From NCBI GenBank assembly GCA_010093815.1, contig ML996581.1: DNA of 64,000 bases; one strand, given 5' to 3'. The stretch's first letter is position 1, and every line of letters begins with the position of its first letter. The notes under the pieces are model-generated. The model worked only from the letters and a program-made list of their open reading frames with translations, was not told where the DNA came from and did no database searches. Below, in pieces: positions 37,208 through 50,435 of this stretch. The position numbers and the translations under genes were made by a program. The DNA is from Pseudovirgaria hyperparasitica. Lineage: Eukaryota.

Positions 37208-39326
37208 ATGCAGAAGGCTCACAAAACGCCCAACCCGCGTCGTTCCGCTTGTGTTCGCTGCACGATCGCCAAAGCCAAATGTGTACTGCTTCTTGATCAA
37301 CAAGTATGCGAGCGGTGCAATAGGCTAAAGCGCCCTTGTAACTTTGATGACTTTACGCAACCACGAAAAACGAAAAGTACAAACTCTACGTACGTGCCAG
37401 TTGCACCGAAGCAACATTGCGGAGATAACTGATAAGAGCCAGACGAGTTGAGCAACTGGAAGCCAAAGTGGAGGCGCTTGTCAGTGCACTTGCCGCACAA
37501 AAACATTCTCCACACTCAGGTAGTGAACCGTTCGAGCAGCCGACACCAACGACATCTTACTCTGCGCGAGACTCATTACCTCCGCAAAGTGTGTATACAG
37601 AACATGGTTCACCTCGCCGACGACATAGCCCACCTCTACGCCGACCCCTGACTTCTGGTTTCGATGCATTCGCTGATCCCGTGGAACGAGGCCTCATCTC
37701 CCTCGATGAAGCTGAGAGACTGCTCCACAAGTATCGAGTGCACAAGCAGCCTCACTTTCCCTTTGTCATAATTCCGCCAGGAATGAGTGCAGAAGATCTA
37801 CGTCACAAATGCCCCTTTTTGTTTCTTGCTATTATGAATGTGTGTCTCGAGGACAGACTTCCGTTGCAAAGACTACTGCTGCGTGACTCGAAGCGAGTGA
37901 TCAGTAAGCGGGTTCTTGAGGACGAGGAAAAGAGTCTCGAGCTTCTACAAGGCCTTCTCGTTCATATCTGCTGGTACCATTACCATGTCCCTCAAAGTAA
38001 GAATAGCTTCATGTTGTTACAGATGGCATCTAGTATGGTGTCTGATATGGGTTTGGACCGGCAATCTGCGCAAGATACAGGGTTGAGCGAAGACGAGATT
38101 CCTGGGCAGTTCGACACAGTAAAAAAGAGTAGGACTTCTGCTGAACACAGAGCCTTCCTAGGCTTGTATTTCTTGTACCCGGGGTATGTATTTTCACTTG
38201 CAATGAGGTAGCGTAGCTAATCATGCCTCAGCGCCTCAATATTCCGGAGACACTGCATTTTGAAGCAGACACCGTGGGTAATGCAGTGTTGCAATCTTCT
38301 TGAAGCACGGAAGGAGTACCCGACCGACGCAAAGCTTAGAACATACTTCCAAACGCAAGCCCTAGCCGCCAGGGTGGAAGAGATGTGCAACCGTGAAGAG
38401 GAGAATCAACGTAGTAGCGATAAAATGCTTGATATGATGATCAAAATGTTTCATAGAGAGCTGTCTGACATCAAGAACAGTCTTCCAGAGTTTGACCCTG
38501 CCGAAAACTGTAAGTATGCAATATACAGTCCATGCAGCAAGACAGGTCTGACAGAACTCTAGACCGCTTCACTTTACAGCTCAAATCCCTCTCCATGTCC
38601 ATATACGAGTTATCCCTGCGCAAATATCAAGTCGAGGCAACCACACAATCAAGTCTCGACCCGACACAGCTCTGGGCACTGATGACTTCAGCCCGTGAGC
38701 TGTTAGAATACTTCCTCAAGCTTCCCTACCCTATATGTCAACATCTACCTCTACCTTCATGGACCACAATCTGGTATGCGTTTCTACTTTTGACGAAACT
38801 GACTGGACTCCCTGCTGGGCCCAATTGGGACAGCGCTATGGTGCGCAAAGAGGTTGACCTCGACGGTATTGCCCTAGGCGCGCGTAAGATTCTCGAAGAA
38901 GTGACGAATGGGCGTAAAGCCGCCGTGCCCGACGACAGCGAAGATATTTGGCAGTATTTCTACAACGGTGTCGAGAACGTCATTAATATGGAGTGTCAGA
39001 AGCAGAATTCGAACGAAGACGAGGATGACGACGAAATGTCCGGCACCGAGACCGAATTGAAGACCGCGCCCGGTATCGTGCCAACAGGGACAGACACAAC
39101 CTGTCCGACATCGGCGACGACAGTACCTAGTACTCAAGTTTCGACGATGGGGTACTATGAGCCTGTTGGCCCAACGCAGAATTTGGACCCACAGACAGTA
39201 GATGCTGCGATTTATGCGCCGACTTGTATCTGGGACGATGCTGCGTGGCAGCGCGCACTCAACGAGATGCCCTTCGATAATTCGATGTTGGGTATGGAGA
39301 ATGCGTTTGGATTTCAGATGTTCTAA
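37208..39326 (+). CDS. Zn(II)2Cys6 fungal transcription factor
   Basis: CVRCTIAKAKC..CERCNRLKRPC binuclear cluster, coiled coil RVEQLEAKVEALV, fungal TF middle region (HFPFV, PFLFLAI, KSLELLQGLLV); introns 37390-37442, 38184-38231, 38510-38562. Confidence 0.9.
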
Positions 39327-40373
39327 TTCCGGTGCATTAGGCGAGGTGGTTTATGAGGGTCATAAGAGGATTGAGTTCGATTGCTATAGATATTAGGCAT
39401 AGATGGCGTTTGGTCATTAGGGGTGTAAGCATATCACAGAGACTATATGGGCAGAGCTAGGACGAGGCATTGCACGTGATAGAGGCATACGGACACTTCA
39501 GGGGAACTGAGGTGAATACATTCATGGTTACGCAAGATGTCATTCTTACTGCCACGAACAAGGCATGCATACGCTGCGTGATATGACCGCATATATTCCA
39601 AAGCAGCGAGCCGAACGGCTGGAATTTCATCTTTGCAATCAAAACCTCATTGGCTTACAACAAACCAACAATGGGCTGCGTCTAAAATTGATTCAAACAA
39701 TCTGAAAGGGTGGTCGCCAGATCAAAGGCATATATGTCTCGTTGCAGTTGAGATCTTAGGGTGGCCGATCGAGGCCGGACAACGTTCAGCCTCATATGTG
39801 CAGGGGTCGTCCATAGTCAAAAATGGATGGATGGACGGGAAATTAGCGAGTTCGACAGCCCCTCCCTGTTGTCCAAGCACGCTATTCTCAGGGAAAAGGC
39901 CGCTAAATATGAAGTCTCCATCTGATCCACCTCAAGCTGTCATTTGCGATTCCCCAGTCGGCCCTTCTCTTAGGAGTTCTTTAATTCTTCTTCCTTCATT
40001 CTTTCTCTTCTATGGTGTCGCGACTACTATGCGCTGATGCGATTCTCTGAGCGCCGTTCACTGCGTGAACATAACACACCAGTCTGACTGCTGTAGCGGT
40101 TCGCATGCGGTCCGCACTGGCCATTTGTTCATTTGACGACCTACGGTTCGGAGCTTTGTCTTTCACAAGCTGTCGGCAGTGACAGCGTTTTCCGGTAATT
40201 AACTGGTGGTGTCTGGCGTCCCAGACTAAGCGGAAACGAGCTTCACGATTGATATCACTGCTATTTGCTATTCGCGAAATAAAAGATCCAGCACGCCTCA
40301 AACTGCGTGTCCTGACCCTCTAACCGACACCTGGTCCCTCTACCGTCTCGAGCAGCTCGACGATTCCAGTCGC

Positions 40374-41830
40374 ATGTCACTTTCGCGATCGCCTTCGCCT
40401 ACGCGAGGCGGAGGTTGGTCAAGTCCAGGACTCACAGCTCCTTATGACGAATCCAGTGGAAGATCAAGTCCCGCGGTCCGGACTTTCCCAAACAACGGGA
40501 ATGTAACATGGGCTTCGGCTCAAGCCCGAAGTGCAGAAGTCCAGGGATATGCATCTTTCTCGACGCGAAAGCAAGGATTCTTCTCGAAACACTTTCGCAA
40601 GTTGTCGCGTGGTCTACCTATAACATCGTACGCAGAGAAAGAGAAGCTCGAACGGAGATGGAAACGAATTAATGCAAAGAATGGGAGTTGGAGACTAATA
40701 GCAATTGCTGGAAGAATAGTATGGCGTCTGAGGCTACGACTGGCTGGACTCTTGATATTTCTGCTCGGGATTTTCATATTCTATGTTACACGTGAGTACG
40801 GCGTCTGATATGGCAGTGTGTATTGCTGATGATGTCTAGCGCTACACATGGTTGTGCGGCGATCCTTTGGCGGTGGAAATAAATTCGTTATAATATTAGC
40901 AGCGAACTTGGGAGGAGGAGTGATGGAATGGAAAGGTCCTCGAGAATGGGCAATTGAAAGAGATAGCGTAAAGAACAAGATGCACTATGCAAGAAAATGG
41001 GGATATGAGTTGGACATTGTGGACATGAGCACTAAGAAGAGATATGCTCACGAATGGAGAGAAAGCTGGGAGAAGGTTGATACGATAAGGAGCGCTATGC
41101 GTAAATATCCAGATGCTGAATGGTAGGGTTATACCGCCTGGTTATCAAACATGCAGATACTAATAGATATAGGTTCTGGTGGCTCGACCTCAACACTTTC
41201 ATCATGGAGCCTTCATATTCCCTACAATCTCACCTGTTCAAAGACCTCCAGAAGAATACCTACCGGGACATCAACTACTACAACCCCTTGAACATTTCTC
41301 ATCCCTTTACTTCAGAGTGGCTCGACTCTGAGTCGCGATCTGCAATAGGAGACGGCAAGTCAGAATCTATTAATTTCATCCTCTCACAAGATTGCGGGGG
41401 TTTCAATCTTGGGTCCTTCTTCGTTCGTCGCAGCGTTTGGACCGATCGCCTACTAGACATCTGGTGGGATCCCGTTGGCTACGAGCAGAAACATATGGAA
41501 TGGGAACATAAAGAGCAAGATGCACTTGAGCACATGTATACGAACTTCCCATGGGTGCGTCCACACATTGCATTCACCTCTCAGCGAAAAGTGAATAGCT
41601 TTCCTCCCGGAGCATGTGGCGGAGAGACTAAAGAGACGGAGAATGCAAAAATTCATTATCAAGAGAAGGACAGAGATTTCCTGGTCAATATGGCTGGTTG
41701 TGAATGGGGCCGTGACTGCTGGGGTGAAATGTACAATTTTCGTCAGCTCAGCCACAGACTCAATAGGGGTATGTGGGAGCAGTTTCGAGACAGGATCGCG
41801 GAGTCGTTCACAGGGACGAAGAACAGCTGA
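40374..41830 (+). CDS. MNN10: GT34 (Mnn10/Gma12-family) Golgi alpha-mannosyl/galactosyltransferase, type II membrane protein
   Basis: MSLSRSPSP..GGGWSSPGL N-terminus, TM, KRYAHEWRESWEKVD, EWFWWLD, QDCGGFNLGSFF, EQDALEH, NMAGCEWGRDCW; introns 40792-40839 and 41123-41172. Confidence 0.88.
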
Positions 41831-42874
41831 GTCAGCTTCAACAAAGATACCACCGGGCCGGCGTTCATGGATGTTGCCTTGTCACACTATTTCAACTTTC
41901 GGATACCATATTAACATTCTACTTTTACACTTAGCGGCATTGGCGGTTTGTATTCAGATGTTGTAACATATATATAGGGATATGTTGATTAGCAACACTT
42001 AGACGTAGGCATTGACGGGGACAACAGCAGCAATGATCTCGGCGGAGGGGGATCCGAGATAGTCTCGACCATGCACCTCCATCTCCAAAGCATGTCTGGA
42101 TCTCGGAGGTCTCGTACTGTGCACGGTCAAGAAGAGACAATGTTGGCGACAGGTTGATTTACCGCATAAACCTCTTGCATGCGGCGCCCAGGTTTTGTCT
42201 GGAACACGTTGCACTATAAACCACAACTCCTGCACTGGCCGACGGATCCGGATGTGGGGTGCAGCATCAGTATCAGAATATTATAACCACCAGTTCCAAG
42301 ACTAGAGATAGCTGGTGGAAGCGCAATGAAGAAATGGCTATTCACTGCTGCCCACTGTCCACTGTCCAAGCATAGAGCATAGGTATGCCATGGGGATCAC
42401 CGCCTTCCGGGGCGTGATCAGTGACTTGCCTATCCCATCCTGTCCTGCTGCCCTATCACTATCACGTTGCCAACATGCCCGCCAGCTGACTACGACGCCC
42501 TGCATCTTCCATCTCACACGCCAGCCACTCTCAGACATGTTTGCGCCTTGTCTTCCTCTTCATATCATTGTCGTTTCCCACGCTCAATAGCAAGATTTCC
42601 TTTTCTCTCCTAAAGATCAATAGCCGCTCGACTTCAGGGTTCGACGCGGCGCCAACCCCTCGCTCCACTCGCCTGCAGGGTCCAGCACGCATTCAGCGGG
42701 GAACAAAGATACCGAGATCGGCCAGCTTCTCACCGACTCCTTGAGATAGGACTGATATAGTCAAGAGGTGCTCTTGATCTCTCTGTCATCTTCAACCTTT
42801 TTCTTTCTATACGGGACTGAAACAATCTCACTTACTGAGCACTCCTCACCGAGCCACACGAGCACCTGCCCGTC

Positions 42875-44299
42875 ATGTCTCCAAACAACGCCCCACCACC
42901 TCGTCACAACGATCAGACTCAACAAGAACCCGTGCGGCCTACTGTCCAGGCTGTGAGATCTCTGCGAGCGTCATTACCACCTGGTGCTCGTCACAGGTCA
43001 GAAGGTACGTACTCTACATGTAATGTCTTTCGAGGTGTATCCGAGTCGCCATTCCACTGGCAAATACCATACAACATCTTCTGCATCATGTACACCATGG
43101 ATGACGTTGATATCTACATACCAGACTACATTGCTTACAATATACTCTCTACAGACTCGTGGATTGAAGTCTCGTCGCAACCATCCTCCTCCTCACTGTC
43201 GTCGGTCGCGCCCGACGATATCATTACGGAAGGCCTGCGTGTGCAACATGATAACAATATTCGTCGACGAAGGCGCCTTCGTACCACCGGGTCGCTACAG
43301 CTAGGAGATCGAATGTACAACAACAGTACAGGGGCGAGTAGTCAGGAGGAGTATGAGGAGAGTGAGAGCGAGTCGGACCGTATTATGATGTCGTCGAATG
43401 AGGGTATTCGCGCATCCTTATTGCGAAACGAGTTGCACCATATCGAGCAGCACGATGCCTCGACAGCCTCATCGGAAGATTTGTCCGCGGCTGAATACGA
43501 TGATGACGAAAACTCGACCGCTGTCAACTATCCTCGAGGAAGCACGTTGTCTTTCAGACCTCAACCAAACGCCTTCACCCACCCTCCAACAGTGCAACGA
43601 CCTAGAGCCATGCGGTCCGGTAGCTACACTTCAGGAAGACCACATATAAGATCTACAACCCAGAGACACTCCTACGCCGGGCAACGGCATTCACCTTATA
43701 ACGTCATCTCCCCTTCGCATCAAGCAGACCACGATGCAGTACTACGCGCCAGTCTTTCCACCCTCCTCTCCTTGGGCGCCGCCGCACGAGGCCTCCCAAA
43801 ATCTACTCCACAGACCAACAACACTGCTTCTGCAGCGCCATCATCACGTATAGAACCGACATCTATACGTATGGTCCCTGAGTCTGTTGCCCTAGGTGGT
43901 AACATGACTCCGAGCGAAAGGAACTCCACCGACTCCTCACAGCCTGGGAATCCCTCCTCTGGGAACTCTCCGATCGTGTTTGATGGCAAACGCAAATCAT
44001 CCCCAGCTCCTCGGAGCAGCAGTAAAGAGCGTCGGACGGCCAAGAAAGTTAAGCGGACGTCTAGTATGGAGGATATTAGTCCGACGCTGCTCACTTGGGT
44101 CATGAGTGCCGGTGTTATGGTGCTTTTCAGTGCCATAAGCTTCTCGGCAGGCTACATGGTCGGCAAAGAAGCTGGCAGGACAGAAGCCTTTGGTACCGCT
44201 GCGGGTGATCTCCGGCCCTGTGGCAGAGAGGCGTCCTCTGGGTTCAGGAGGCTGAAGTGGAGTGGTGTTGCGAATGCAGCTACCGGCGTTCGGGTCTGA
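42875..44299 (+). CDS. Hypothetical protein with long disordered N-terminus (DSWIEV motif) and one C-proximal transmembrane helix
   Basis: 474-aa ORF containing a probable stop-free 150-nt intron 43005-43154 (GTACGT..GCTTAC..CAG), spliced length 424 aa; TM LLTWVMSAGVMVLFSAISFSAGYMVG at about 44087-44164. Confidence 0.8.
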   Translation: MSPNNAPPPRHNDQTQQEPVRPTVQAVRSLRASLPPGARHRSEGTYSTCNVFRGVSESPFHWQIPYNIFCIMYTMDDVDIYIPDYIAYNILSTDSWIEVSSQPSSSSLSSVAPDDIITEGLRVQHDNNIRRRRRLRTTGSLQLGDRMYNNSTGASSQEEYEESESESDRIMMSSNEGIRASLLRNELHHIEQHDASTASSEDLSAAEYDDDENSTAVNYPRGSTLSFRPQPNAFTHPPTVQRPRAMRSGSYTSGRPHIRSTTQRHSYAGQRHSPYNVISPSHQADHDAVLRASLSTLLSLGAAARGLPKSTPQTNNTASAAPSSRIEPTSIRMVPESVALGGNMTPSERNSTDSSQPGNPSSGNSPIVFDGKRKSSPAPRSSSKERRTAKKVKRTSSMEDISPTLLTWVMSAGVMVLFSAISFSAGYMVGKEAGRTEAFGTAAGDLRPCGREASSGFRRLKWSGVANAATGVRV

Positions 44300-45573
44300 A
44301 GATCATCCTGTACACCGACAGTCCCCTTCATTGCCAGTGTTTGGACTTTGCCGCCGGGTTCCGGAGAGTATAGCATGTCCTCAATCACACGAGCAGTTAT
44401 AGCTGTTCTAATACCCAGAGCCCACGCGTGTATCCCCCTGGGCACGCTCGAACTGCCATGAATCATGATGATATGACTCATGACACGGATGACACCAAGG
44501 ACGAGAAATGACACAAGGAAGAGACGAATTTTCCACGCACACACACACAAGGTTCATAATTTGCATGCATATTTTGGTGGCGTCGCTCTTTGGATCTATA
44601 CCGGTATTATGATACCACATGGGCTTCTGCATAATTCTGTAGAGCTGCATTGCTTCTCCCTTTTGTCGGCCTTTTTTTTATGTGGCGTCGAGCAGGCGTT
44701 TGTGGGTTTATTCTGGAAAGGAACGAACAAAACTTATATATTAATACCAACCTAGCGAAACCTGAGAACTTGAATGATATCTTATATTGTTTGCCGGTCA
44801 TTTGAACTTGGATGCCTCCACTCCATCTGCTTTGCCTGCTTATTTAAAGGATGAAGGTATGTAGTGAAGCTGATATGCTAATAACTAGAGTGGCCTCGGT
44901 GGGCAAGAGCAATCATGGATTCAACCAGGCATGCGTAGCTTCCGTATCACTCAGTTCACCATGTGGGCACTCTCTCGTCTGGTTCGATTATCCCGAGTCT
45001 CACCGACCAGACATCAAAAGTGCCTTCCAACGCTTTAACCATTCACGACGCTGCAGGGCAAGATCAACAAGGACGAAGATCCATCAGTAAACAAATAGAT
45101 TAGGTGCATGTGAACAAATTAGAATTATGACGCGAAGCCTTTGCTCGCGGGTGCGTGTGCGTGCTACCTAACTAACTAACCCCCTTGAAATGCGCTTGCT
45201 TGTCTGCCGATGCTCGTACTCGTTCGTTACCTGTTTCTACAACAATTCGTCTACCTCATTAGGAGAGCACCACATCATACCATAAGTGCTACGCTCGTCC
45301 TTTGCGTGCTTAATAAGACTCGCCAGGCGTCCAGCCCTGTCAATGCTTGAACTCCGATGGACCCCGATGATGCACCCCTAGAAGGTATGGTGGTCAAAAA
45401 TGAAGGCGACCATTTTTAAAATGCAACAAAGACAGAAAATTTTCCAAAGAACACACCAAATACGGCTAATGAACTCATATGTTAACTTTTGTTGTCCCAT
45501 CACCACCACGCATTATGGGTCATAATGGTCGAGATGTATATGAGAAATGGTGTAGTAGGGTGAAGCTTTGTCA

Positions 45574-47549
45574 TTACATGACAATGCAGTCCTTCTTGTC
45601 CTTTGGCGACTTGGGCGCTTTGGCTTGTTTATCAGGAATCCCGGACCCTCCAGCCGCGGCATCGCGGATGATAGCAAGGCGTTGCTTCGCTCGTTCGTCA
45701 CCTTGGTCGGCCGCTTTGACATACCAGACATTAGCCTCTAGAGGATCTCGGCGACATCCTATTCCCATTTCCGTGAAGTAACCGCAAGCATACTCAGCTT
45801 TAGCAAGACCTATGGAGTGTTTAGTGTTCATCAACGATATTGACCCGCGAACTCACCTAGGTCCGCTGCGCGCTTGGCCCATTCATAGGCCTCGGCTTCA
45901 TCTTTTTCCAGTACAGGCTCTGCGCCGACCATATACCATGCACATAGATTCATCATAGCTTCCTCGTGGTCGGCCTGGGCGGCGATATTGTAGAAGTGTA
46001 TGCTCAGTGCTGGATCCTTCGGACAGTGTAGAAGGCCGTGTTCATAAGCTTCGCCCATGCGTCGAGCCGCTTCCGGGTGGCCCAGTTCAGCTGATCTCGT
46101 AAAAAGCTGTGCAGCGTAGGCTTCATCCTTGAAACAATCCGCGCCATAGCCGGTCTCATGAAGTAACCCCAGCTCATATGGCGCAGCATTGTACTGTGAG
46201 TCTGCACTATCAACGCCGCGCTTGAGCCATTTCAGACCTTCTCGGTAGTTGTCAGTCAACCCAAGCTCCTTTCTTATACATGCCACGCCAAGACGACTAG
46301 CGGAACCAGGATGTGCCTTTGCTGCAGATGCTCGATAAAACTGGACAGATTTTTGAAAATCACGACGACATCCCCAGCCATATTCGTAGCACAAAGCAGC
46401 CCGATAACCTGCTTCGGCGTGACCATGTTTACTTGCAGCGACGAAAAGCGGAAACGCACGACCATAATCCTCTTTCCCTTTGTTGAACAGGCCGGAGAAG
46501 AAGCCGTCCCCCAGGTAATACTGTGCAAACGGAAAACTCTTGTCCGCTAAACGCTGAAGGGCGGCTTGTGCTTCTTTCAACAATTCGGCTGGATTGATCC
46601 CAGCAGTCTCGGCACTCTCCCCACTAGCCATGATGTCTTTAGCAATACCCACCATGTAAATGGCAAATTCGTAGGCGACAGACGACTCCGTTGTCTTCTT
46701 CAAATTGGCACGATATAGATCGAGGGTCTTTTTGGAGTCTAATAATGACGCATTGCTGCCTACAACGTTTCGGAGGCCCGAGTTTCCCAGTCCGCTTGCC
46801 GGGGCAATCTGTTGAGAGTACGGAGCATTGAGAAGATCTACATACGACATAGGGCGATTGTCTGGTGACCTTCTGTTTGAGGATACGCCACGCCCATAGT
46901 GTATAGGAGAGCCGCTAGGCGAATCATATACAGAGAGATGCGGGGAATTCGTTCGTCCCCTGAGATCCTGTCCTAGGGTCGCACGAGTACCATTGCCCGG
47001 CATCGGAAGCTCACCACGGCCTGTTGTTTGTTCGCTTGAGTGTGAGGAAGCACTGGGTGACTGTACGTGGGCTCGAGTCGTTGGTGATTGTCTGGAAGTC
47101 TCAAAGGGTCTGTGAAAGTACTGTAGTTGGGGTGCAGGTTCTTCGTTGCCTTGTGGACTATCCTCATCTTGAACGTGTTCAATTTCTGCAGAAAGAGCTA
47201 TGTGCGCGGTCTGCGATTGTCGATGTGTGCCACCACTAGTCTCAACCTGTCCTTGACGATATGGGATCTCCCTTGTTATTGGTAGTGTTCCCGAATCTCT
47301 ATCTCTTGCTGGCTCCGGGGTCTCCACATCTCTGGAATTTCGTTGGGAGTGGTCACGACTGTCTAACATGAACGACGAGCCTTCTGATTGTCTAGAGAAG
47401 TTGTGGCTAGATTCGGTAAGAGAATTGTGTTCCTCGAGAGTGACGGATGGAAGCGGATGGGCGAAGTTGGAAGTTGTCCTTAGAGGGAATGAGTTGCGAC
47501 TACGAGTCTCCGCAGATGGCGAAGTGCCATTCTTTTGTGATGTGCTCAT
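45574..47549 (-). CDS. SKT5: Sel1-repeat chitin synthase activator (Chs4/Skt5 homologue) with C-terminal CaaX
   Basis: Multiple Sel1 repeats (AQYYLGD, AAKAHP, APYELGLLHETG, LCAWYMVG, AEYACGYFTEMGIG); intron 45810-45856; ends KKDCIVM* (prenylation motif). Confidence 0.92.
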
Positions 47550-50435
47550 AGAGATACGGGGTCAAGGGGCAACGCGAGGGCCCCACCGCGCACTATGCGA
47601 AATCTTGGGTTGTATACTCGCGAGACCTCGCGGGCATGTAAATAGAAAAGGCCTAGACCACCAAGTACGTTGACGTATCGCCTGTACCTCGCGACAGCCT
47701 CTTGTCTGTCGTATACGGTTGACTTGTCAGGATGCTGAGTTGTGGGTGATTCGAAGTGAGGTTCAGAGATAATTGAGCGAGAGCGATACTGATGTCTTTG
47801 GCTTAGGCTACCTAGTCTACATGCAGGGTCAGCGATCAAACGGACAAGGTACAAGGCATCACGGCGAATGGAGGTCAACCTTACAGGACAAGGATCGGGG
47901 TCAACGAGTCTGAACCGGTCTTGAATAATGACTGGTGATTAAGAAGATCAAGTGGCCGTATAGATGGCCGAAGTCTGTAGCAAGTTGGGAAAGACAAGCA
48001 GTACAACAGGAGTTTTGGCTGGCACCGGGCTGAATCGTCACTTTCGGAGTTGAGTAAGGCAGCCAAATCGCGGCTGCTGATTCACGGCCAAGCGTTGCGC
48101 CGCTCCCGGTCGTAAAATTTATTGATCTCCAGCTTCCAGCTTTCGGAAGTGAACGCCAGCACCAGCGGAGCCTAATTAGAAAAAGTACAGAACATCTGAG
48201 CACTAATTATCCAAGGCTCGCTATGACGCTTGCGCGTAGTCCGGTGGACCTTCAGACTCTATGCCTACACAGTGCCAATAAGCTGAAATAAAATCATGCC
48301 ATGGCGCCGCAACTTGAACACGTTTAGGTGACGTCCAAAGGGATGCCGCCGAAGCTATGCCAGACGCGGGCCTGCATCTTCTCGTACTGGTTACGCTTGG
48401 GATCGGAGGCGCAGGCGTGTCACACGGTATGTCTCCGTGGTGTCGGCTGTCAGCCTTGTTACTTAAGGCATTTTGTCGCTTGACAGTATAGATGGCGGGC
48501 ATGCATGTTGGCAAGGGATGACGATGATGATGTTGGGAGGTTGCATCTGGATTGGCGCCCGGAACGTTCTGCTTACTACAACTATTCGAGTAGAGGTATG
48601 CCCACTGTCGATGACACCTGCCTACCCAGCTCTCCGAACGAAAGGGCTGATGTATTTATTGCACGCCATGTCTCATAGACCAGGAAGATAGCACAGCAGG
48701 ACTTACCGTAGTCAAAATGCATCTTCTTTTGATCTCTGCGGATAAAAGTACTTTGTCCATTCACGCGATAAGCACAAGGTAAGCTAGGATGACGAACGTT
48801 CTGTCCAAGACCTTTGCCCATTAATTATGGATGCGGGAGGGGATTATCTGGAAGAAGAAGCTGCCAATTCGGCCGAAGCTCAAATGAGACCAAGAGAGAG
48901 AGAGAGAGAGCAGGGATCACATTCGCATGGCAGATCGGCAAAACGTAGAGATCTGCTAAAGGGGCTCGGAGCGCCGCATGGCTGAAACCATTCATTCTCC
49001 ATGTTACGCAAATGAGGCAACTGATTCAAAGAGGACCGTCCATCATGGCGCAGGACAGAACATCCATCCAGCTTGAAGCTCGACTTCCAGCAAGTAATGA
49101 CCGGTGCGCTCTCGAATTGGTACAGATACTAATTACTGTAGCAAAGCAATAGCCTTGTTGGACTTGGAGTGAGCCGCTCGTGCACTTGCAGAACCTTCCT
49201 CGAACAGCCTTGCCGAGAAGCGGACATATGGTGGGTCCGCAATCTGGTCCACTTTCGTACTTTACGACACTTCCATGTCTATTAATTATGTCGGAAGACA
49301 TTGACACAGCGCAAAGGAAAGAAGCTGTGGCGAAGTTTGGCTGTCAAGAACACGCCATGGCTAGCAGCGAACGATGAATTCTACTATTTACCGCCGCGCG
49401 AGAAACTCACCTCATCAAGACAGGTCTACAGGTTGAGGCAAGTCGTTCCCACTGCACCGCTGCAAAAATGCGCAGTTAGCTCGAGCCTTGCGAGGCAACT
49501 TACGCGCGCTGTAGTCCATGATGTCTATCCATCTATCCACGAGAGTGCACGCAATCGATAAAAGGATAAGAAGGGAGGCTCTAGCTAATACCACGCGCCC
49601 AAAAATAAGATGGCGATAGTCCAGCCCGCATCCCAAAACATGCCCCGGTAATACTGGCTCCCCACTGTTCCCTTGCGTTCAGTTGGTTGGGCAACCTACG
49701 CTGTGCCATATATGGTAAACTAGAGCCCAGTTAAGACAAACTTCTTTATTTTTGCCCGCCATCCGGTCGCGCAAAGGGTCTCTCTTGTTTGAAAGCTGCC
49801 AGTTCCTCTAGCCTTCCACCACCACCTCCACCGCCCAGCCAGCCGCGCCCACGCTTTTTGCCCCAGCTCCGGCCCAGCGACACAGCCAGGGGTTTGGCAG
49901 GCAGCATCCACCCATCAAGGGTTTCCCCCTTCTTCTCCCTTGTCCACCTCTCCTCCCCGATCTTATTCTAATCCTACTCAGAACCTCGCTCGCTCTTTTG
50001 ACGAGGGTCTGGTTGCTCGTCGTTACCGTCCTGTACCGTTTATAGCAGCAGTCTTTCGTTTACGCTGCTATACTATACCTAGGTACCTTATCAACTTCTT
50101 CACGATCGTTCTTGCTTCGCGTTTGGGCCTAGTACCTAAACACGTCCATTCGCTGGTACACAGTTCCACCAATACCACCACCAGCCCACCTCAACCTCTT
50201 TCATTCCTCATTCAGCCTCGCCCACGGCCACACCCAACGTAATCTTATAATACCATTGTTCATACCTCCGGCGTTCGTTCAGTCGTTCGCACCGTCATAC
50301 ATCAACACGTCTTGTCCTCTCAGAGCCTGGAAGACCCCAGCAAACAGACGGCATTGCCGTCACTGATAGGTGCGTAGAAATCGCGTGTTTGTGCTTCATC
50401 GCATAGGAAAACTGACAGATGATTACCACAGTACC

